DNA from: Ignavibacteriota bacterium
GTDB lineage: Bacteria > Bacteroidota > Ignavibacteria > UBA10030 > UBA6906
NCBI GenBank assembly: GCA_963801355.1
Contig: CAWDEM010000004.1
Location: 256,001 to 320,000 of the forward strand
Length of the DNA: 64,000 bases
Direction of reading: 5' to 3'
Below, one piece after another: positions 32,243-45,430 of this stretch. A program made the position numbers and the translations under genes. Position 1 is the first letter of the stretch; each line of letters begins with the position of its first letter. The notes below the pieces were generated by a model, which did no database searches, was not told the DNA's origin, and saw nothing but the letters and a program-made list of their open reading frames with translations.

Positions 32243-34660
32243 GTGAGCAGGCGGCTGAAAATCCTCATCGGCATCAGTGGCGTCGTCATCGTTGTTTCCG
32301 TCGCGCTATTCGCATTCGTCCGCTACCAGCTCACCAAGTCTTTCCCGCTCACCACAGGGTCTGTCTCGCTGAAGGACGTCCAACAACAGGTTGATGTGTA
32401 CCGTGACGACTATGGTGTGCCGCATGTCTCGGCCCGGAATGAACGGGATGCTCTCTTTGCGATGGGGTTCGTCCATGCACAGGATCGCCTCTGGCAAATG
32501 GACTTCCAGAGGCGCGCAGGGGCGGGGCGCCTCTCGGAAATCGTGGGCATCGGTGCACTCCCGTTTGACCGGATGTTCCGTATTGTCGGACTGCAACGGA
32601 TTGCCGTTGAAATCGAACGGAATCTTTCCGAACAGACCCGCAATGACCTGCAGGCATACTCCGAGGGTGTCAATGCCTGGTGCGCGCTGTCGGAGGGTAC
32701 ACTGCCGATCGAATTCGACCTCCTGCGCTACGACCCAGAACCATGGACACCGGTTGACTGCATTCTCATCGGCCGGCTGCTTGCATGGGAACTCAATCTG
32801 TCGTGGTGGACAGACATTACCTACGGGACTCTGGTTGCCCGGTTGGGCCGGGATACCGTGGCCCAGATACTCCCATCATTTCCCCCATCAGTACCGCCGC
32901 AGGTTCCTGCTGACGAATGGCATCGCTATGCGGCCGCCCTGCACGACTATCTCACGACGTCACAGCAATATCTCGCCTATTGCGGACGGCCGCTCCCCGG
33001 CAGTGGAAGCAATGCATGGGTCATCGGTCCGCACCGCTCGGAGACAGGCCGGGTGATTCTCGCGAACGATACGCATCTTCACCTGACACAACCCCCGCAA
33101 TGGTATGAGATCGGTGTGCGCGCACCCGGTCTGACGGTTCACGGGATGTCCGTGCCCGGCGTCCCGGGCATTGTCGCCGGCAGAAATGACTCGATCGCCT
33201 GGGGGATTACCAATCTCATGGCTGACGACGCGGACTTCTTTATTGAGCGGATCAATGAAGTTGACAACACCTACTGGTATGAAGACGCCTGGCGCCCTCT
33301 CAACGTGCGTGAGGAAGAAATCACCGTTCGCGGAGACACTTCGGTCATACTGCGCATTCGCGCGACGGCGAACGGACCCATCGTCACGGACATCCGCACT
33401 CCTCTGAATCGCGCGACCCCGCCCTTTGTGGCGAGCATGCGATGGGTCGGAGCAGAGATGGACGACCAGGTGGGCGCATTCCTGCGGATCAACCGCGCAC
33501 ACAATTGGACCGGGTTCCTCGAAGCGCTAAAGGGCTATGCTCTCCCGGGCCAGAATTTCGTGTACGGAGATGCGCGGGGAAACATCGGCTATTGCTGTGC
33601 TGCCCGTCTCCCGATCCGGGGATCCGGGCGCGGGCTCCTGCCGGGAGCCGGATGGGACCGGGCTGCGGGATGGAAAGGCTTTGTGCCGTTCGACCGGCTT
33701 CCGCACATCTTCAACCCGCCTGACGGATATATCGCGAGCGCCAACAACAAGACCGTCGACGATTCCTACCCGTACTATATCGGTGACCTCTGGGAACCAC
33801 CGTCCAGGATTGAGCGCCTCCGTTCCCTCTTTGACGTTCCCGACAGCAAGATCTCCATTCATGATTGCCAGCAGATCCAGAATGATACGTTTTCACCTCT
33901 GGCCAAGGAACTGGCTCCATTCCTCCTGGCTGCCGCTGCCGACAGCGTGATCGGTGACGGCCTGGGGGGGCGGGTGCGTGAGTACCTGACGAACTGGGAT
34001 TTTCGCTTCACGGAAAACGACATTGCCAGCTCGATCTATCATGAGTTCCTGCTGCAGCTCGTCAGGAATATTTTCCTCGACGAAATGGGTGAAGATCTCT
34101 TTCACGACTTTACGATGCTGGTGAATGTTCCGTTACGGGTGACAGCCAGGCTGGTGAAGGAAGGGACGTCCGTCTGGTTTGATGATGTCCGGACGCCTGC
34201 TGTTGAGACGCGGGATGACATCCTCCGGCGGAGCGCCGGGGAGGCCATCCGTGATCTCATCGCGCGGGCAGGCGATGATCCACGATTGTGGCGGTGGGGA
34301 AGTATGCATACGGTCACACTCCAGCATATCTTCGGGCTGCAGACGCCGCTGGACAAGGTGTTCAATATCGGACCATTTCCCTATCCGGGGGCATCTACTG
34401 CCCTGATGAGCGGTGAGTACAGCTTTACTGCACCGTTTGCCGTGACCGTTGGGGCATCGTTCCGCCAGATCTTTTCGTTTGCGGATTCCGTGACACACCT
34501 GGCCGTCCTGCCGTCCGGAGAATCGGGCCAGGTGTACCATCCCCATTACGATGATCAGACATCGCTGTGGCTGCACGGAGCGTACCGCACGGTTGTCCGG
34601 CAGCCGGGCAGTCATCCCGGCGACCACCTTCGTCTCCTTCCGGCGGGGGCTGCGCAATGA
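32243..34660 (+). CDS. Penicillin acylase family (S45) Ntn-hydrolase, membrane-anchored
   Basis: RDDYGVPH, AQDRLWQMD, GSNAW autocleavage site, ANDTHL, SGESG..HPHYDDQ. Confidence 0.93.
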   Translation: MSRRLKILIGISGVVIVVSVALFAFVRYQLTKSFPLTTGSVSLKDVQQQVDVYRDDYGVPHVSARNERDALFAMGFVHAQDRLWQMDFQRRAGAGRLSEIVGIGALPFDRMFRIVGLQRIAVEIERNLSEQTRNDLQAYSEGVNAWCALSEGTLPIEFDLLRYDPEPWTPVDCILIGRLLAWELNLSWWTDITYGTLVARLGRDTVAQILPSFPPSVPPQVPADEWHRYAAALHDYLTTSQQYLAYCGRPLPGSGSNAWVIGPHRSETGRVILANDTHLHLTQPPQWYEIGVRAPGLTVHGMSVPGVPGIVAGRNDSIAWGITNLMADDADFFIERINEVDNTYWYEDAWRPLNVREEEITVRGDTSVILRIRATANGPIVTDIRTPLNRATPPFVASMRWVGAEMDDQVGAFLRINRAHNWTGFLEALKGYALPGQNFVYGDARGNIGYCCAARLPIRGSGRGLLPGAGWDRAAGWKGFVPFDRLPHIFNPPDGYIASANNKTVDDSYPYYIGDLWEPPSRIERLRSLFDVPDSKISIHDCQQIQNDTFSPLAKELAPFLLAAAADSVIGDGLGGRVREYLTNWDFRFTENDIASSIYHEFLLQLVRNIFLDEMGEDLFHDFTMLVNVPLRVTARLVKEGTSVWFDDVRTPAVETRDDILRRSAGEAIRDLIARAGDDPRLWRWGSMHTVTLQHIFGLQTPLDKVFNIGPFPYPGASTALMSGEYSFTAPFAVTVGASFRQIFSFADSVTHLAVLPSGESGQVYHPHYDDQTSLWLHGAYRTVVRQPGSHPGDHLRLLPAGAAQ

Positions 34661-35409
34661 TTATTGCGGATCGTCTGCATCGCTGCCTTGCAGAAGCCCC
34701 GTGCATCGTGGCATTCACCGGGGCGGGGATATCCGCAGAAAGCGGTGTGCCGACATTCCGGGGCGCGGATGGCATCTGGAATACCATGCGTCCGGAGGAA
34801 CTCGCCAGCATGGAAGGATTTCTCCGCAATCCGCGGCTTGTGTGGGAGTGGTACGCATACCGGAAACGCATTATCGCGGACGTGCAGCCGAATGCGGGAC
34901 ACTATGCGCTGGCCCGGATGGAGAAACTGGTGCCGGATTTTACGGTGATCACGCAGAACATCGATAACCTCCACCGCCGTGCAGGCAGTACCCGGGTGCA
35001 TGAATTGCACGGGAATATCGAGCGGAATTACTGTAGCACATGCGGGCGCACGTATTCCAACGAAGAAGTGCTGCAGGCCGCCGGAGTTCCCCGCTGTGCC
35101 TCGTGCAACGGCAACATCCGGCCCGATGTCGTGTGGTTTGGCGAACTGCTGCCCGATGACCAATGGGAGGCCTCGGTGCGCGCATCGGAATCCGCTTCGT
35201 TGTTCCTCTCCATCGGCACGTCTGCGGTCGTGTATCCGGCGGCTTCACTGCCGGTGATGGCGAAAGCGCATGGAGCATACCTTGTAGAAGTCAACCCTGA
35301 GCCGACACCGCTCACCGAGCGTGCCGACGAGTTCCTGCAGGGGCCGGCCGGAACCATACTGCCGGAATTGTGTGACCTCATGTATGAAGCCCGAAAGGTA
35401 TTGCCGTGA
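34657..35409 (+). CDS. cobB: NAD-dependent protein deacylase (class III sirtuin)
   Basis: TGAGISAESGVPTFR, WYAYR (YxxR), TQNIDNLH, HG, two CxxC, GTS. Confidence 0.95.
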   Translation: MIIADRLHRCLAEAPCIVAFTGAGISAESGVPTFRGADGIWNTMRPEELASMEGFLRNPRLVWEWYAYRKRIIADVQPNAGHYALARMEKLVPDFTVITQNIDNLHRRAGSTRVHELHGNIERNYCSTCGRTYSNEEVLQAAGVPRCASCNGNIRPDVVWFGELLPDDQWEASVRASESASLFLSIGTSAVVYPAASLPVMAKAHGAYLVEVNPEPTPLTERADEFLQGPAGTILPELCDLMYEARKVLP

Positions 35410-36845
35410 AAATCCTTCCCGGAAAAGCACGTATCGTCTGTACGCTGGGTCCTTCTTCCCGAGAACCGGCCATATTGTCCAGGATGACGGAAGCCGGCAT
35501 GGATGTCGCACGATTGAACTTCTCCCATGGTTCCCACGACGATCACGCGCGCCTGATTACCGGCGTGCGGAACACCGCTCAGGAAGCGGGTGTGCCTCTC
35601 TGTATCATGCAGGACCTTCAGGGCCCGAAGATCCGCATTGGCGCCCTTGCTGATGGTTCTGTGGAACTGGTTGCGGGAAAGACTGTCGTGATCACCACCG
35701 ACCCCTGCCCGGGAAGCGCCGAACGGGTGCCGACCTCGTTTCTGAGCCTGCCGCACAATGTGCATACGGGGGACACCGTCCTTCTGGACGACGGGAAAAT
35801 ACGCCTGACGGTGCTGACCACGTCGGAGAAGGATGTCACGTGCGAGGTGAACGTCGGAGGGAAGCTCAGTTCACGGAAGGGGATCAACCTGCCGGGCGTC
35901 GCCTTGAGCATCCCCTCGCTCACGCTGAAAGACCTGGAGGATCTGGCGTTCGGCATTAAGAACGAAGTGGATTATACCGCGCTGTCGTTTGTCCGGTCCG
36001 CCGACGACGTGCGTGCCCTGCGCAGAGCCATCGAGCAATGTGCGGGGCCCGGGACGTACCATCCTGTGGTTGCGAAGATTGAGAAACCGCAGGCGCTTCT
36101 CAACATCGATGATATTATTGCCGAAGCGGATGGCATCATGGTCGCCCGGGGAGATCTCGGGGTAGAAATCTCACCCGAAGAGGTGCCCCTGCATCAGAAA
36201 CGCATCATCGCCAAGTGCAACCGCGCGGGCAAGCCTGTCATCGTTGCAACACAGATGTTCGAATCAATGATTGTCAATCCCGTGCCGACCCGGGCGGAAG
36301 CCAGTGACGCGGCAAATGCGGTGCTCGACGGTGCGGATGCGGTGATGCTCAGCGGCGAGACCTCCATCGGCGCATACCCCGTGGAAGCCGTCGCGATGAT
36401 GACCCGTATCATTCACAACGTGGAGAACGAGGCGGGACGTGCATGGCAATCAACGCACACCGCTCCGGAGGATGAGCCGGATTACCATGAGGCGCTTGGC
36501 AAAGCGGCGTGTGCGCTGGCGGAGCAGATTCACGCCGCGGCAATCGTCACCGTGACCCAGAGCGGCATGACGGCACGTATCGTCGCCCATTACCGTCCGC
36601 GAACCCCGATCGTCGCCGTGACCAACTCCGAGGCGACTCTGCGCCGCCTGAATCTCGTGTGGGGCGTCAACGGGCTTCTCGTGGACCAGGTGTTTCCCGA
36701 TTCGGACCGTACGCTGCGTGCCGTGGAAGATCGCCTTGCAGCGGAAGGAGTGTTGCACAGCGGGGAGATCTATGTGCTGATAGCCGGTCAACCGCTCTTC
36801 GCCGGCGGCAGGACGAATCTCATCAAAGTGGAATACAGAAGATAG
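35406..36845 (+). CDS. pyk: Pyruvate kinase
   Basis: IVCTLGP, RLNFSHG, MVARGDLGVE, PTRAE, MLSGETS. Confidence 0.98.
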   Translation: MKILPGKARIVCTLGPSSREPAILSRMTEAGMDVARLNFSHGSHDDHARLITGVRNTAQEAGVPLCIMQDLQGPKIRIGALADGSVELVAGKTVVITTDPCPGSAERVPTSFLSLPHNVHTGDTVLLDDGKIRLTVLTTSEKDVTCEVNVGGKLSSRKGINLPGVALSIPSLTLKDLEDLAFGIKNEVDYTALSFVRSADDVRALRRAIEQCAGPGTYHPVVAKIEKPQALLNIDDIIAEADGIMVARGDLGVEISPEEVPLHQKRIIAKCNRAGKPVIVATQMFESMIVNPVPTRAEASDAANAVLDGADAVMLSGETSIGAYPVEAVAMMTRIIHNVENEAGRAWQSTHTAPEDEPDYHEALGKAACALAEQIHAAAIVTVTQSGMTARIVAHYRPRTPIVAVTNSEATLRRLNLVWGVNGLLVDQVFPDSDRTLRAVEDRLAAEGVLHSGEIYVLIAGQPLFAGGRTNLIKVEYRR

Positions 36846-36848
36846 CGA

Positions 36849-37187
36849 TTATCGCGATCCGCGTGTCTTCTTGTGCGGTGTGTCCTCGATCTCGAAAACA
36901 CGATCGAGCATCGAGATTTTCAGCAGGCTCAAGACTTTCTTGTGCACGTTGAGCAGGCGGACTTTTCCTTCGTGTTCCTTCATTTTGCGCTCGGCGATCA
37001 ACAACGCGCTCAATCCGCTGCTGTCACAGAATTCCACCTGCGTCAGATCCACCGTCAGAGTCTTCACTTTGGGAGTGCAGAGGATCAGGAACTCGCCCTT
37101 GAGTTCTCCCGCGACGGCAGAGTCCAGCTTCTTCTCCCTGACGGTGAGTGTTACCGCTGTTCCGTTGCTCTGTGTATCGAACTTCAT
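36849..37187 (-). CDS. STAS-domain protein (anti-sigma factor antagonist)
   Basis: VDLTQVEFCDSSGLSAL. Confidence 0.92.
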   Translation of the reverse strand: MKFDTQSNGTAVTLTVREKKLDSAVAGELKGEFLILCTPKVKTLTVDLTQVEFCDSSGLSALLIAERKMKEHEGKVRLLNVHKKVLSLLKISMLDRVFEIEDTPHKKTRGSR

Positions 37188-37209
37188 GCATCTCCCTTTC
37201 ACCGCTGCC

Positions 37210-37743
37210 CTAAAACATCTTCAGGCACGCTGCAAACCGATCGTAGAGCGCACCGCTGCGCGCCGCGTCGGGTTGCATCTGGAAATTATAAAAAAGACCC
37301 GCACCGTTTCGTGCAAATCCTATCCGCACGCGTGCATTGCTTTCCCTACAAATATATGCCGAGGGAAGGAGAGAGTCAAGGTTCAGGTCGATGGCGACGT
37401 CGTATGTGCGCTCGGCGATGCGTTGCGTAATCTCGCGTGACGGACAAAAGAGCCATCCGGTGGTAGCGGGACTCATGCGCACCACCACGCTGCGGGGAAA
37501 GAGGGCCGCGGCACCGGCATCATGTTCCCCGGCGACGATCGTCACCCGCTCATCGGCAAAGTGGGAGCGCACGAGGTCGATGACCGGCGCCGGCGACTCT
37601 GCCGTCGGTGTCAGGGGGAGAATCAAGAGGGCGTGTGTGCCCGTCGAGATCAGGTCGGTGAACGAAATGATGGTGTCGTGCGTCCGGCGGAAGTGCCAGC
37701 GCGCCATTCCGACACCAAGAGAACGACGAACAGATTCGAGCAT
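37210..37743 (-). CDS. Hypothetical protein resembling the GT9 N-terminal half (DUF6913-like)
   Basis: YDVAIDLN...SNARVRIGF; tightly coupled to ligA. Confidence 0.55.
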   Translation of the reverse strand: MLESVRRSLGVGMARWHFRRTHDTIISFTDLISTGTHALLILPLTPTAESPAPVIDLVRSHFADERVTIVAGEHDAGAAALFPRSVVVRMSPATTGWLFCPSREITQRIAERTYDVAIDLNLDSLLPSAYICRESNARVRIGFARNGAGLFYNFQMQPDAARSGALYDRFAACLKMF

Positions 37744-37746
37744 GCG

Positions 37747-40561
<2,815 letters not shown>

Positions 40562-40565
<4 letters not shown>

Positions 40566-42808
40566 GGCGTCGCTTCCTTTTCCTGGAAAGTGCGCTGGTC
40601 GAGCACTTTGCGCACTTTGAATGCCAGCGTTTCGATTTGAAACGGTTTTTGTACGAAGCCATTGACCTCACTTGAGAACCGGGGCGTATCAGCGGCGCCT
40701 CTGCCGTACCCGGTGACGATCAGTACGCGGACATAGGGATTGATGGCGCGTAGATGTTCGAAGGCTTCGGTACCGGACATCACCGGCATGTTGATATCAA
40801 GGAGGATGAGATCGACGCTTGCCCTGCGCGTGCGGTAAAAGTCGACTCCTTCCTGTCCGTCGTGGGCGATGTACACGGTGTATCCCAGTGATGTGAGAAG
40901 ATCCTGGGCGATTTCACAGACCGGTGGTTCGTCGTCGATCACGAGAATATTTTCCGTTCCCCGCGGGAGGCGTTGCGGACGTTTCCGCGCGCCGCCGGGT
41001 ACGACAGCGGAGTGGCGGGGAAGGAACAGGGAAAACGTGGTTCCATGCCCTTCGCTGCTCTCCAGCGTGATATAGCCGCCGTGGTTCTGCAGGACGCCGT
41101 AGACCACAGAGAGCCCCAATCCCGTGCCGTTATCTTTCGTGGTAAAAAAAGGCTCAAAAATGCGGTCCTGTATCTCGCGGGGAATACCCCGGCCCGTATC
41201 CGTGATGCGGATTTCGACAAACGGTCCGGTGAGGTTTGCCGGGGCACCCGGCGGGGGAGCGGTGCCGGGAACGGGAAACGTCGCGATTGTCAGCACCCCC
41301 TTTTCGGGCATCGCATCGCGCGCATTCAGGAAGAGGTTGAGGAGTGCTTGCTGGATCTGACCATCGTCGCCGTTCACGGTGATCGGGTCGGGAAAGAGAT
41401 TGGTGTGCACCGTGATGTCTTTCGTTACGCTGCGCTGGTACAGATCCAGAGTTTCATGGATGAGTGCATGGATGTCCACGGGGGCGGCGATCGTTTCCGT
41501 CTTCCGCGCAAAGGTCAGCAGCTGGCGTGTCAGGGAAGATCCGCGGCGTGCGCTGGACTCAATGATCTCGACGTACTTTGCCAGCCGGACGCGGTCGCTC
41601 AGATGCCGCCGCATGATGGAGGCGGAGCCCATAATCGCCGCAAGGATGTTGTTGAAGTCATGGGCAATCCCCCCCGCGAGATTGCCGATGCTGTCAATCT
41701 TCTGTGCATGCAGCAGTGCACCTTCCATCTTCTTGCGTTCGGTGATGTCGCGGGCGACGATGCGCGCCGTGCGGACGGCCCCGGTGTCATCGAAGACCAG
41801 CGAGGAGTTCAACAGCACGGCAAGACGTGTTCCCCGCGGGGAGACGACATGTTCTTCCATATCCTTCAACACACGGCTTTCGGCGAACATACGGTCGACC
41901 ATCTGGCGCACGATCTCCGCACGCGCGGGGTCGAACAGGCACTCGAATGGCTTGCCGAGGAGGGTCTGTGCGGTGATGCCGAGCATTTCCGCGCCCGAGC
42001 GATTGCAGCCCACGATGGCGTGGTGCCGGTCGACGCTCAGATACAGATCCGGTGCATTTTCAAAGAGATCAGCATACTGGTGTTCCGATTGCCGCAGGCG
42101 ATCGAACAGCAACGCATTGTGAATGGCAATACTGACCGTGTTGCTGATAGCTTCAACAAGCTCCGCCTGCTTGGGCGCAAAGAGGGCGTAGGAACTTCCC
42201 GCGATGACGAGAACGCCGGCAATGGTCTCCTTGGTCCGCAGCGGGATGGACGTCCATGACTGGATCCCCAGTTTCTTCAACGGGGGAGGGATATGTCCAC
42301 CGTGCTCGCGCAACCGTTCCCGGGCAATGCGTGGTTGGTCGAGCCACAACGCGGCCGGCTCGCCGGGGAGCGATGCATGAGCGAGAAAGTCGATTGCCGG
42401 TTCCGTGGCACTGTGCAATACGAGCGTCTCTCCTTCGAGGAGGTAGATCCAGCCCCAGCGGGCGTTCAGCACAGACGTCATGTTGGCGAGCGCCGTGCTG
42501 AGGACTTCGTCAAGGGGAACGCTGCGGTTGACGGCGTGAGCGACGGTATTGATCGCAATAAGCTGACGGCGCTGGTCGTCCAGGCGGCGATAGTTCAGGA
42601 CGGAAAAGTAAACGCTGGTAAACCCGATAAGGCCCACGGCGAGGATACTGATAAAATCCATGAAGCGTGGGGCCTGCCCTGTGGCCGCCATTGCGCTGAG
42701 GATGGTCGCCAGTGTAACGACGACGGCGGTGGAAGCCACTATCTGCGCCTGCTCAACCGGCCCGAGACCGCGGAAAAATCTGCGCACGCTGGTGACGGGA
42801 TTCAACAT
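40562..42808 (-). CDS. Hybrid sensor histidine kinase (2TM-GAF-PAS-HisKA-HATPase-REC)
   Basis: GGIAHDFNN, NARDAM, FEPFFTTK, GTGLGL, receiver LVIDDE...LLDINMP..KP. Confidence 0.95.
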
Positions 42809-42814
42809 AAACGC

Positions 42815-42843
42815 AATGTACAAAAGGGTGGTTTGACATTCAA
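42815..42843 (-). promoter_or_regulatory. Sigma70-like promoter, probably leaderless kinase mRNA
   Basis: TTGAAT-N17-TACATT, then 6 nt to ATG at 42808. Confidence 0.6.
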
Positions 42844-42978
42844 TGAAGCGGCCCGGGTGCTCACCGAAAAAAAAGTCCCGTCGTGGCGACGGGACTCCTG
42901 AGAACGCACCGGAATATCGTTTGTTGCACCGGCAACAGACACTACGCGGCATTCATGGTGAATGCCACGGACAGCACC

Positions 42979-43272
42979 TTACACCTTCTTCAGCGGCAGC
43001 ACTGCTTCTTTGCAGGCTTTTGCCACGCGGAACTTCACGACCGTCTTGGCCGGAATCGAGATGGTCTCACCGGTTTTCGGATTGCGGCCGAGGCGTTCCT
43101 TGCGGTTCACCAGTACAAGTTTTCCGATTCCGGGCAACGTGAAGGTGTTCCTCGCTTCCTTGTATGCGAGGGATGCAAGTTCCTCAAATATTGAGGCAAC
43201 CACCTTCTTCTTCAAATCAAACTTGCCAGCAAAATGAGCAACGACCGCCGTCTTCGACATTGCTTTTGCCAT
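42979..43272 (-). CDS. HU family DNA-binding protein
   Basis: LPGIGK, GRNPKTGE, IPAK.VVKF; AGGAGG RBS. Confidence 0.95.
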   Translation of the reverse strand: MAKAMSKTAVVAHFAGKFDLKKKVVASIFEELASLAYKEARNTFTLPGIGKLVLVNRKERLGRNPKTGETISIPAKTVVKFRVAKACKEAVLPLKKV

Positions 43273-43341
43273 TGATCCTCCTGAACGTTTGTGGGAGTGC
43301 AAACATGCTCGGGGGGAAAGATAGTATATTCCCTTGATAAT

Positions 43342-45330
43342 TCAAACAAAAAAAGAATCCAGCGCCTCGGTACTTCCATCCGGGTTCATCACCTCCACCC
43401 GGCATCGGGGGAGGGCATCGAGGAAAAGCCTGCCGTACGGTTTTGTCATGACCCTGGTGTCAAGGATGCTGACGATGCCCTTGTCGGTCACTGTGCGGAT
43501 GAGCCTGCCGGCTCCCTGACGGAATTTCAGAATTGCTTCGGGAAGCGACAGGGCAAGAAAGGGATTTAACCCTCGGCGCTGGAGGTCCTCAAGCCGCGTT
43601 TCCATCAGAGGATGTGAAGGGACGGCAAAGGGAAGTCGTGTGATGACAACATGTTCCAGCGCTTCTCCTGGCACGTCTATCCCCATCCAGAAGCTGTCCA
43701 AACCAAACAGGACGGAAGTGACGTCGCGCCGGAACTCCTGCAGCAACGCATGCCGCCGGGCGTCGGCTCCTTGAACCAGGAGCGTAATCCCCAGATCCTC
43801 CAACCGGCCCGCCACTGCCCGTGCCGTAGCGTGCATGACTCTGGCGCTGGTGAACAGGACGAGCGCTTTGCCGTTTGTCGCTCTGATGCATTGCAGCACA
43901 GCATCCGGGAGTTGGAGCAGAAACGCGGGTGCATCCGGCTCCGGCAGGGAGCGGGTAACCCACACGCGCATCTGCCGGTCGTAGTCAAAGGGGGAATCCA
44001 GTATGAGGTCGCCGGCGGATTCAGCCCCGAGTCGTGCTTTGATATACTCAAGTGACCCATCCACGGCGAGCGTGGCACTTGTGAGAATTGTGGGCCCATG
44101 CTCGCCGAACAATCGCGGTGCAAGGAGATCATGAAGATCAAAAGGAGCAGTGCAGAGCGCCACGTTGTCGAGCGGCTTCGGGGCGATCTCCAGCCAGTAT
44201 GCGGAACGCGGATGGCCGAGTGCCATCACGTCCTCGAGGACGGCGAGGTCGCGTTCAAGGGACTGGCGCACGCCTGCAATTTCTTGTTTCCGGGTGGCGT
44301 CGTCGGCGCGATCCTCGAGTGATTCCACCCTGTCGAGCAGCTCCTTCAGGGCCGGGGAGAGTGTGTCGGCGACGATATGCGGTTCGCGCAGACGGATCTC
44401 GCGCTCGGCTCCTCCCGTTGTTCGCTGTCTGACCGCGTCCACAAAGAGTGCGAAGAACTCTTCAATGGAGTCTTCTGCCTGTCTGAACAGCGACACCATG
44501 CCGCGCGGCGCGGGAACAAGAAGTCCTCTCCGGGCCTTGCGGTGATACAGGCGATGGAGTGCCGCCAGCATTCCGCGGCGCGTAAGCTTCTGACCGAAGG
44601 CATTGCCCGCGGTCTGCTCGATCAGATGCGCCTCGTCGAGAACGGCAAAGTCATTTTCGAACAGAAACTGCTCCTCTGTCTGCCGCAGCGGTAACAGACT
44701 GAAGAACAGTGCATGATTCATCACCACGACCCGCGCGTGCCGCGCTCTCTCGCGGATTTGCTGATAGGAACACCGGGCACCGCAGGTGCGCGGAGAGCAA
44801 ATGCCGGGTTCAGAACAGACGGCATTCCAGATGTCGGGGCGCGGCACGAACGGGCAGCTGCTGATCTCGCCGTCAATGGATGTGCGCGCCCAGTCCGCCA
44901 GTCGCTCCAGTTCGCCGGTGACATCATCCACGAACAGCGCTCCCGCCGTTGAGAGCGCATTCTGAAGGCGGGTGCTGCAGATATAATTGCGTCTGCCCTT
45001 CAACGCAATCGCAGAGAAATCGGTTCCCAGCAGGGATCGCGCAAGCGGTATATCCTTGAGCAACAGCTGATCCTGCAGATTCTTTGTGTGTGTGGAGATG
45101 ACCGCGGTCCGGTTGTTGTCCAGCGCATGGAGGGCGGCCGGAAGGAGGTACGCAAGCGTTTTGCCGACGCCGGTCGGCGCTTCCACGATCAGATGCTGTG
45201 TCGTGTCGAGTGCGTGCGCGACGGCCCGGGCCATAGTGTGTTGTTGCTCGCGGTAGGAGAAACCGGGACGCTGTGACAGGGTGCCGCCGGCACCGAGAAT
45301 CCCGTCAAGTCCATCGGGTGTCATGATCAT
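43342..45330 (-). CDS. DinG/YoaA family Fe-S DNA helicase
   Basis: EAPTGVGKT, LKGRRNYIC, Cys cluster, DEAH, SATL, QGAGRLIR; start uncertain. Confidence 0.93.
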   Translation of the reverse strand: MIMTPDGLDGILGAGGTLSQRPGFSYREQQHTMARAVAHALDTTQHLIVEAPTGVGKTLAYLLPAALHALDNNRTAVISTHTKNLQDQLLLKDIPLARSLLGTDFSAIALKGRRNYICSTRLQNALSTAGALFVDDVTGELERLADWARTSIDGEISSCPFVPRPDIWNAVCSEPGICSPRTCGARCSYQQIRERARHARVVVMNHALFFSLLPLRQTEEQFLFENDFAVLDEAHLIEQTAGNAFGQKLTRRGMLAALHRLYHRKARRGLLVPAPRGMVSLFRQAEDSIEEFFALFVDAVRQRTTGGAEREIRLREPHIVADTLSPALKELLDRVESLEDRADDATRKQEIAGVRQSLERDLAVLEDVMALGHPRSAYWLEIAPKPLDNVALCTAPFDLHDLLAPRLFGEHGPTILTSATLAVDGSLEYIKARLGAESAGDLILDSPFDYDRQMRVWVTRSLPEPDAPAFLLQLPDAVLQCIRATNGKALVLFTSARVMHATARAVAGRLEDLGITLLVQGADARRHALLQEFRRDVTSVLFGLDSFWMGIDVPGEALEHVVITRLPFAVPSHPLMETRLEDLQRRGLNPFLALSLPEAILKFRQGAGRLIRTVTDKGIVSILDTRVMTKPYGRLFLDALPRCRVEVMNPDGSTEALDSFFV

Positions 45331-45430
45331 GTCACAGGAAAGTACGGAATTCCGCTCTTGAAATCGAACCACCGTAAGCTGTCATTTCAAACGCTGTCAT
45401 TTAAAATGCAAATGCGCTATACTTCGACCT

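Noticed and set aside
30793-32289. 498-aa - strand ORF
   Set aside because: Antisense to the FadL gene; typical of high-GC codon bias
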